DNA of 64,000 bases, from positions 414,346,001 through 414,410,000 of the forward strand of contig OZ024740.1 of the NCBI GenBank assembly GCA_964016885.1, given 5' to 3'. Both the position numbers and the translations under genes were made by a program. Numbering within the stretch: position 1 is the first letter of the stretch; the number at the start of each line of letters is the position of its first letter. The notes below the pieces were generated by a model that did not search any database, was not told the DNA's origin, and worked only from the letters and a program-made list of their open reading frames with translations. Shown here one piece after another: positions 60,701 to 64,000 of the stretch. Source of the stretch: Eledone cirrhosa. Taxonomy: Eukaryota.

Positions 60701-61629
60701 ACTGTGCATGCCTCAGGCATACATCTACACATGGTGATGCAGTGAAAGACTACTGAAATAATAACAATGACTACAATGATGTGATGATGATGGAAACAAT
60801 AGACTGTAATTAATTAACTCTTATGATATTTAATTCAGCTCTGGATAAATCAATGGATGATAGCTATCTGTATGAATTCATAACTCCAGGCTTAATATTT
60901 TTGTAATAAATATTTATGCACAACACAGCATATATTTGAAAATCTAAGATAACTTTACTGTAGGGTTAACTATGCTGTGAAAACATAAACAAACATAAAT
61001 ACATTTTGTTATTCTCTTCATACAGAAAAAAACATAAGGATTGCCTTTACATGTATCAGAGCTTATTAGTTTTTCATCAGAAGACAAGTACCTACAACCT
61101 TCCACATACAAAGTGAGTTTATAGCTAATCTCAATTAATTTTCACCGACTAAAGATAAAACTTTCAGGTCTGTGATCCAAGTAAAAAAATAGGGGTGTAC
61201 ATAGGCATGTTTTACTATCACATAATATGAAGCTATGTGTCCATGTATGTGTGTGTATTCATTGCTGCAGTTAAGCTCAGGATGAGCCCTAATCAAGCTA
61301 ATCTATGATCAAAGAACTATTTTGGATGTGACAAACTAGTCTATATATCAGGGTTTACATTGTTTAATGTGTCTTTCCATTTTTGTTTTAATATGGTAGG
61401 GTGAAATTTGAGGAAGATTTCACCACTCGCTCTTGCACATCAAACAAACGTAGTGTTGGAACACACAGGAGAATAAGAAATGTAGAAAATTAGCAAGCAT
61501 GCAGCTTGATAAAACATTAGTTGAGCTAGTGTAGTGAAACAAGTGAAATCAATAGATACATACCTTATTTCATATAATAATTCATTAGTGACATATGCAT
61601 ATGAGTCAAAACACAATTTCTGCAGTCGA
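1056..61629 (-). CDS. Multi-exon leucine-rich-repeat protein gene, partial (11 exons in window; both ends outside)
   Basis: Exons 61564-61629, 59638-59714, 56650-56724, 52715-52876, 51365-51405, 35634-35808, 25644-25715, 7516-7597, 5481-5542, 2110-2181 and 1056-1095 all have AG/GT boundaries with matching phases, totalling 924 nt with no stop. Translation: [307 protein letters not shown]. It shows repeated LxxLxLxx(C/T)xx(I/V)TDxG motifs. Confidence 0.92.
2110..2181 (-). CDS. LRR gene exon ([24 protein letters not shown])
   Basis: ctttacag acceptor, gtaag donor; 72 nt. Confidence 0.92.
2360..2500 (+). mobile_element. Decayed mariner transposase fragment
   Basis: Reads [31 protein letters not shown]; matches the mariner WILHHDNAPAH motif, with stops. 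Confidence 0.7.
2698..2860 (+). mobile_element. Short inverted-repeat-bounded element, probable truncated Penelope-type pLTR remnant
   Basis: ~38-bp imperfect inverted repeats (2698-2735 and 2823-2860); internal GAAACCAGTA followed by AATAAA. Confidence 0.5.
2870..5384 (-). mobile_element. RTE-clade LINE family A, 5'-truncated and frameshifted
   Basis: ORF pieces with [49 protein letters not shown]; (GAT)n 3' tail; (TA)n on both flanks. Confidence 0.95.
5481..5542 (-). CDS. LRR gene exon ([21 protein letters not shown])
   Basis: ttttgcag acceptor, gtatc donor; 62 nt; supplies the required phase 2 to phase 1 change. Confidence 0.9.
6811..6998 (+). mobile_element. tRNA-headed SINE with Nin/Deu-type central domain
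   Basis: A box TGGCAGTATTGG, B box GAGTTCAAATCC, GCCTTTCA..GATAAAATAAAGTACC core; 17-bp TSD attatggtacttaatac (6792-6808 and 6999-7015). Confidence 0.9.
7516..7597 (-). CDS. LRR gene exon ([27 protein letters not shown])
   Basis: ttttgcag acceptor, gttag donor; 82 nt. Confidence 0.9.
8466..8630 (-). mobile_element. Nin/Deu-type SINE, slightly 5'-truncated, inside the satellite
   Basis: Same family as 6811; apparent 20-bp TSD at 8446-8465 and 8631-8650. Confidence 0.88.
8841..10478 (+). mobile_element. RTE-clade LINE family C with inverted 5' segment
   Basis: About 9050-10421 (+): [49 protein letters not shown], (TCTGAG)n tail. About 8841-9048 encodes the upstream EN-RT linker ([18 protein letters not shown]) on the minus strand. 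Confidence 0.92.
10552..11818 (-). mobile_element. RTE-clade LINE family B, 5'-truncated, with a long 3' UTR containing a SINE-like module
   Basis: RT C-terminus [12 protein letters not shown]...GRPRKTW...EKTCLA* (stop at 10943); ~390-nt 3' UTR ending GGACGTTAAAC(GAT)n. Confidence 0.92.
17421..17604 (+). mobile_element. Nin/Deu-type SINE inserted in (ATT)n
   Basis: Family match; attattattatta on both flanks. Confidence 0.9.
17620..20706 (+). mobile_element. Decayed 5'-truncated Tx1/L1-clade LINE
   Basis: Collinear with ~46090-48990; contains [10 protein letters not shown] and [22 protein letters not shown]; ends AATAAAGAAACC-ATTATT. Confidence 0.88.
18724..19310. mobile_element. Palindromic MITE-like insertion within the decayed Tx1
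   Basis: ATTTATAGAAAAGCAC (~18730) mirrors GTGCTTTTCTATAAAT (~19022); inner arms ~18770-18845 mirror ~18930-19000; a partial arm repeats at ~19210-19310. Confidence 0.6.
21801..21989 (-). mobile_element. Nin/Deu-type SINE
   Basis: TSD gcatcttaaataat (21787-21800 and 21994-22007). Confidence 0.9.
22385..22728 (-). mobile_element. tRNA-headed CORE-type SINE with RTE-derived body and tail
   Basis: Head GGAGGCACATGGCTTAGTGG..GAGTTCAATTCTC; CCTTGAGCAAGACACTT CORE-like motif; last ~45 nt match the RTE family A 3' end. Confidence 0.85.
22874..23058 (+). mobile_element. Nin/Deu-type SINE
   Basis: 19-bp TSD attaatgaataaagagtaa (22855-22873 and 23059-23077). Confidence 0.92.
23390..24733 (+). mobile_element. 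Old RTE remnant with inverted 5' part
   Basis: About 23390-23885 resembles RT core DNA in minus orientation; about 23890-24240 resembles the RT C-terminus ([25 protein letters not shown]) in plus orientation; (GAT)n tail at 24702-24733. Confidence 0.7.
25644..25715 (-). CDS. LRR gene exon ([24 protein letters not shown])
   Basis: ttttccag acceptor, gtttg donor; 72 nt. Confidence 0.88.
26560..26960 (-). mobile_element. Decayed RTE 3' fragment
   Basis: (CAT)n + TTTTACGTCC tail; resembles 2890-3260. Confidence 0.75.
27190..27960 (-). repeat. Five diverged tandem copies of the RTE/SINE AGGAAGGGCATCC module
   Basis: TGGATGCCCTTCCTAACACCAAC variants at about 27283, 27460, 27659, 27794 and 27921. 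Confidence 0.8.
28552..28767 (-). mobile_element. Tail-less 216-bp copy of an RTE family A segment
   Basis: Appears identical to 29502-29717, including variants absent from the 2870 copy. Confidence 0.9.
28779..28999 (+). mobile_element. Miniature Penelope-type element (inverted repeat / hammerhead / AATAAA / inverted repeat)
   Basis: ~41-bp terminal inverted repeats ATATCACATAAGAAACGGAGAATCAGT...; internal hammerhead motif and AATAAA at 28950. Confidence 0.75.
28853..28949 (+). ncRNA. Type I hammerhead ribozyme motif (palindromic stem III)
   Basis: Stem I AGACATAT/ATATATCT; core CTGAGGA (28861); stem II TCTTGCGA../..TTGCCAGA; GAAA (28930); C-AATT-G; cleavage triplet GUA. Confidence 0.75.
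29000..29296 (-). mobile_element. CORE-type SINE with RTE tail
   Basis: Same family as 22385-22728. Confidence 0.85.
29459..32660 (-). mobile_element. Near full-length RTE-clade LINE family A (APE endonuclease + RT), frameshifted
   Basis: ATG at 32509; [35 protein letters not shown] endonuclease motifs; RT LIYADD; short 5' UTR; (GAT)n tail. Confidence 0.95.
32735..33500. repeat. Compound microsatellite cluster (CA, TA, AAT, GGT, GCT, GTT)
   Basis: Directly visible. Confidence 0.85.
34051..34108 (-). ncRNA. Type I hammerhead ribozyme motif in a probable Penelope-type pLTR
   Basis: Minus strand reads ATAC-CTGATGA-T-GTAACCGG-ATTCA-TAC-TGAAC-CCGGTCAT-T-GAAA-TGATCA-TA-GTAT, followed immediately by AATAAA. 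Confidence 0.72.
35634..35808 (-). CDS. LRR gene exon ([21 protein letters not shown]...QALQYVR)
   Basis: gttgcag acceptor, gtaag donor; 175 nt; overlaps ORF 35569..35874. Confidence 0.92.
36422..37024 (+). mobile_element. Internally deleted Tigger/pogo DNA transposon
   Basis: Right TIR CTCGTAAGTCAAGGTACCACTG followed by TA; left remnant GACTTACGAG; N-terminal transposase pieces [43 protein letters not shown]. Confidence 0.85.
37555..37725 (+). mobile_element. 3' end of RTE-type family D (C-terminal C2H2 finger) with a short inverted 5' piece
   Basis: [23 protein letters not shown]; reverse complement of 52986-53132; first ~28 nt match 53464-53492 in the opposite relative orientation. Confidence 0.75.
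38092..38167 (-). ncRNA. Hammerhead-like motif (U4A variant) in the PLE pLTR
   Basis: Mirror image of 42182-42257. Confidence 0.55.
39089..40450 (-). CDS. PLE reverse transcriptase (5'-truncated) + GIY-YIG endonuclease
   Basis: [85 protein letters not shown]; frame open throughout. Confidence 0.9.
40569..41310 (-). mobile_element. RTE family B, 5'-truncated copy inserted into the PLE inverted pLTR
   Basis: Matches 10552-11172; the SINE-like module is duplicated (~40680-40790 and ~40791-40905); splits pLTR sequence aagtata/tgttttg. Confidence 0.92.
42182..42257 (+). ncRNA. Hammerhead-like motif (U4A variant) in the inverted PLE pLTR
   Basis: ACAGATTGA-ctttgtt-AGTTT-CAGAAGA-T-CCC-GTTAA-GGG-T-GAAA-GCAG-cgattct-TTGC-TT-AAACT-TTAATCTGT; AATAAA at 42264. 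Confidence 0.55.
42291..42668 (+). mobile_element. CORE-type SINE with RTE tail, between (TA)n tracts
   Basis: Same family as 22385-22728. Confidence 0.85.
42975..43144 (+). mobile_element. Nin/Deu-type SINE
   Basis: Family match; its tail is the Tx1 insertion site. Confidence 0.88.
43164..48991 (+). mobile_element. Full-length Tx1/L1-clade LINE (ORF1 + APE-RT-CCHC ORF2), decayed by frameshifts and stops
   Basis: Low-complexity ORF1 pieces 43357-45317. ORF2 has [67 protein letters not shown] and CLRC..HALVQC. Ends AATAAAGAAAGC(ATT)n; 19-bp TSD attattattattattggtg (43145-43163 and 48992-49010). Confidence 0.93.
49007..49526 (+). mobile_element. Three head-to-tail Nin/Deu-type SINEs separated by (ATT)n
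   Basis: About 49007-49184, 49204-49413 and 49433-49526 (5'-truncated). Confidence 0.9.
49620..50150 (+). mobile_element. Decayed CRE-clade-like non-LTR RT fragment
   Basis: [65 protein letters not shown]. Confidence 0.6.
51365..51405 (-). CDS. LRR gene exon ([14 protein letters not shown])
   Basis: poly-T cttcag acceptor, gtaag donor; 41 nt; bridges phase 1 to phase 0. Confidence 0.88.
52207..52470 (-). mobile_element. 5'-truncated RTE-tailed SINE-like element
   Basis: (CAT)n tail and GCCCTTCCTAACACCAAC module. Confidence 0.7.
52715..52876 (-). CDS. LRR gene exon ([21 protein letters not shown]...KIFGPLT)
   Basis: gtttcag acceptor, gtatg donor; 162 nt; overlaps ORF 52698..52889. Confidence 0.92.
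52986..53540 (-). mobile_element. Non-autonomous bipartite RTE derivative (5' UTR joined to 3' end), family D
   Basis: 5' hairpin GGT-C-GGGTTG-TTGCC..GGCAA-CCCC-ACC; TAGGAGAAGGAAAACTCTGA RTE-5'UTR-like motif; C2H2-coding 3' end shared with 37580-37725. Confidence 0.6.
53720..56518 (+). mobile_element. CR1-clade LINE with internal RT deletion and doubled 3' end
   Basis: [38 protein letters not shown]; [30 protein letters not shown] joined directly to [15 protein letters not shown]; 3' units at 56125-56320 and 56321-56518. Confidence 0.9.
56650..56724 (-). CDS. LRR gene exon ([25 protein letters not shown])
   Basis: ttttccag acceptor, gtaat donor; 75 nt. Confidence 0.92.
57711..57917. mobile_element. 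Possible piggyBac-like MITE remnant
   Basis: TTAA at both ends with imperfect TTTAGCATTTA / TAAATGTTAAA inverted repeats. Confidence 0.35.
59638..59714 (-). CDS. LRR gene exon ([25 protein letters not shown])
   Basis: gtcatag acceptor, gtaag donor; 77 nt; Cys-containing LRR motif. Confidence 0.92.
59782..59966 (-). mobile_element. Nin/Deu-type SINE
   Basis: 16-bp TSD ttataataacaataat (59766-59781 and 59968-59983). Confidence 0.9.
60472..60658 (+). mobile_element. Nin/Deu-type SINE
   Basis: 17-bp TSD attatttcaatattata (60450-60466 and 60659-60675). Confidence 0.9.
61564..61629 (-). CDS. LRR gene exon ([22 protein letters not shown]), phase 2/2
   Basis: ttgacag acceptor, gtatg donor; 66 nt. 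Confidence 0.85.
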
Positions 61630-62397
61630 CTGTCAAGAGAGATGAAAGGAAGTCATGTAGAATTAGATAAACATAAATAAAGGAGTTTCAGATAAAACAT
61701 GAACTTGTACATTGAATTGAAATAGATATGCATGTATGAGTAAGTATATCCTTCTATGTCCATTTTACATCCGTCTCAGGTGGGTTTCTTCTATAAAACC
61801 ACCTGAGACAGGTGCTTTTGATTGGGTTGGTTTCAGTTGCTATGAAATTATTATTTTGTTACTAAGATAGTAACTTAACACTTTAGCATTTACATTATGT
61901 TGGTACCATAACATCCAGTCCAAACTAAAGATGGACAATTCCCATCTAACCCATGCTAGCATGGAAGATAGACATTAAACAATGATGATGATGATGATGA
62001 CAATGATGAGTGAGTATGTGAAGTAAAGGTATGTGGCTAACAAAATTGAGTAGTACTTGTAACTCAAAGCACCACACTTATCACACACTATATCATGCTG
62101 AAACCCCTGAGAATTAGGTTATAAGTGCACAGTCTATGGAATGCTCAACTACTTGTATGTTAATTCCTAATACAGGCTGCTCTATAGTTCAAACACTTGG
62201 AGCATTCATTGTAACAGATGGAGGTCAAACAACTGCAGTGTTCATATATGTAATTATATATATATAGTCACATATATGAATGAGCGAGACACGGACTCCC
62301 TACCATTCCCACATCAAATAGAACAAAACCGTCTAACCCATGCTAGTGTGGAAGATGGACGTTAAACAATCATGATGATGATGATGATGATATATAT

Positions 62398-62730
62398 CAT
62401 CATCATCATCATCATCAACGTTTAACGTCCGTGTTCCACGCTTGCATGGGTTTGGACGGGGGTATTCCCACTTGAGGCAAGAGTGATTGTCTTGCTCGCA
62501 TAGGACTGTCTGGCAGGTTTTCTACAGTTGGATGCCCTTCCTAACACCAACCACATTTACAGTGTGGGACTGGGAGGTTTTTACCGTGTTGCCTACACGG
62601 CCACATTACAGCGTGGACTGTGTGTTTTTTTGTCGTGACACCTACACGATCTCATTTGTTTCGGCCTGGATGGTGTGGCACCAACATAACTTTACATAGG
62701 AGGGGGTGGTGTGGATGGGGGTGTGGGTGA
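62398..62730 (-). mobile_element. RTE family B, 3'-UTR-only copy
   Basis: Matches 10552-10880. Confidence 0.85.
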
Positions 62731-63093
62731 TATATATGTAAAAGGTAAAAAGAATTGACAACACAATCAGTACATTATATGGAAGGAATATATTAAGTTA
62801 ACGCTTGAAATAACAGGAAGAGGGTTTTAACGTTTCAGACGCTATATATATATATACATATGTTTCTTACTCCACTGGGCAGTGTTTCACTTGTATCAGA
62901 CACTGTGACCCCAGGTGAACCAGCAGTACCGTTGGTAGGGTTGAAACTGCCAAAGTCCACCTCAACAGCCAATGATCCTGGAGTTCTGTGTCGTTTGTTT
63001 GTATTTTTTTTAAAATAATTTTTTAAGGTTTCCCCTTAAAAAAATTGTTTTTTGATCACTGTCTTATCCTCTCTTTGTTATTTTTCTTAAGTT

Positions 63094-63125
<32 letters not shown>

Positions 63126-63191
63126 GATACATATCAAATAATGGTAGTTAAGATGCGATTAAATCACCATAATTCATTATTTCATTATACA

Positions 63192-63376
63192 GGGAGGTGA
63201 ATTGGCAGTATCGGTGGAGGGTTGGACGCCATGCTTTCTAGCAGTGTTACGTCCCTTTACGGTCTGAGTTCAAATCCCGTCTAGGTTAACTTTGCCTTTC
63301 ATCCTTACGGGGTCGATAAAATAAAGTACCAGTAATGTACTGGGTAATTGCTGGCCTTGTGCCTAAAGTAGAAACA
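63192..63376 (+). mobile_element. Nin/Deu-type SINE
   Basis: 16-bp TSD attatttcattataca (63176-63191 and 63377-63392). Confidence 0.9.
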
Positions 63377-63470
63377 ATTATTTCATTATACATACACTTC
63401 ACTACTGGACGGACGTGCATGGCCACCGGCATATCATAATGATTGCATAACTGCACCAATGATTGCGTAA

Positions 63471-63521
63471 GCATCTGATAAAGTCACATGAATAACCATG
63501 TAACAGAAATATATATAATGC
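63471..63521 (+). ncRNA. Type I hammerhead-like motif (G8A variant, probably inactive)
   Basis: GCAT-CTGATAA-A-GTCACATG-AATAAC-CATGTAAC-A-GAAA-TATATA-TA-ATGC, then AATAAA. Confidence 0.62.
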
Positions 63522-64000
63522 AATAAACAATTATGGTGATTTAATCCCGTCTTTACCATTATTTGATAAATGAATACTCCATCACTCATTATCACCTATC
63601 TGGGATAAACTACTGACGTGTAGCGCTTTAGAATGCTAGGACCTGCTTATCATCAGGAAGTTACTACAAAACAACTAACACAAACAACACTCTAGCGTTT
63701 AACCAGTTAATTTTTTTAGCTTTTTTAGTTAATTCTATTGACTGATTAATCGCTTAAGTTTATTTTAAAAACCACTCGGTCGAGAGCTTAATTCGTTTTG
63801 TGCTGTTTTTGCAAATTTTTGCAATAACTACACATGCTGAATTCACTGGCCAAAATAGGGGTTTTCTCCCTTTAGAACCTCACATGTGCTTTCATACCCT
63901 GTGAGATTCTGGCACACGAAGAACAAAATGCCTGTTGAGAAAGTGATTCCTTGTTCGATCATTATACCAAAAGCTTATTATTTTTTTATAAGCAGACAGT

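Larger units (their letters stand above)
63132..63568 (+). mobile_element. Miniature Penelope-type element with a nested SINE
   Basis: ~42-bp inverted termini TATCAAATAATGGTA..GATTAAATCACCATAATT; hammerhead-like motif and AATAAA (63522) before the right terminus. Confidence 0.7.

Noticed and set aside
62871-62980. Candidate upstream exon of the LRR gene (GTAAG donor at 62870)
   Set aside because: Weak acceptor, no LRR-like translation, and it lies among PLE-like stubs between TA tracts.
63605-63662. Minus-strand CTGATGA...TAAA-GCGC-TA hammerhead-like motif
   Set aside because: G12 is missing and stem I does not pair convincingly; at best a decayed remnant.

Overview
AT-rich, repeat-dense animal DNA; the SINE and LINE repertoire suggests a coleoid cephalopod such as Octopus (inference). 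The whole window lies inside one minus-strand gene. I found 11 small GT-AG exons by hand (61629 down to 1056). They splice with matching phases into a stop-free 924-nt frame (308 codons) made almost entirely of leucine-rich repeats; start and stop lie outside the window. The introns hold at least four RTE-clade LINE families, a full-length and a decayed Tx1/L1-clade LINE, CR1 and CRE remnants, and a Penelope-like (probably Naiad) element with ~1.07-kb inverted pseudo-LTRs. They also hold tRNA-headed Nin/Deu-type and CORE-type SINEs, Tigger and mariner remnants, and a ~4-kb 45-bp higher-order pentamer satellite. Three observations stand out. (1) A Tx1 LINE and the Nin-SINE share a 3' terminus, a tail, 14-20-bp TSDs and an ATTA(T) target, so each insertion recreates its own target and builds nested chains. 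(2) Several tiny non-coding elements have the layout inverted repeat / type I hammerhead ribozyme / AATAAA / inverted repeat. (3) Three independent RTE insertions are 5'-inverted, as expected from twin priming. All calls were made by eye; no database search or folding program was run.
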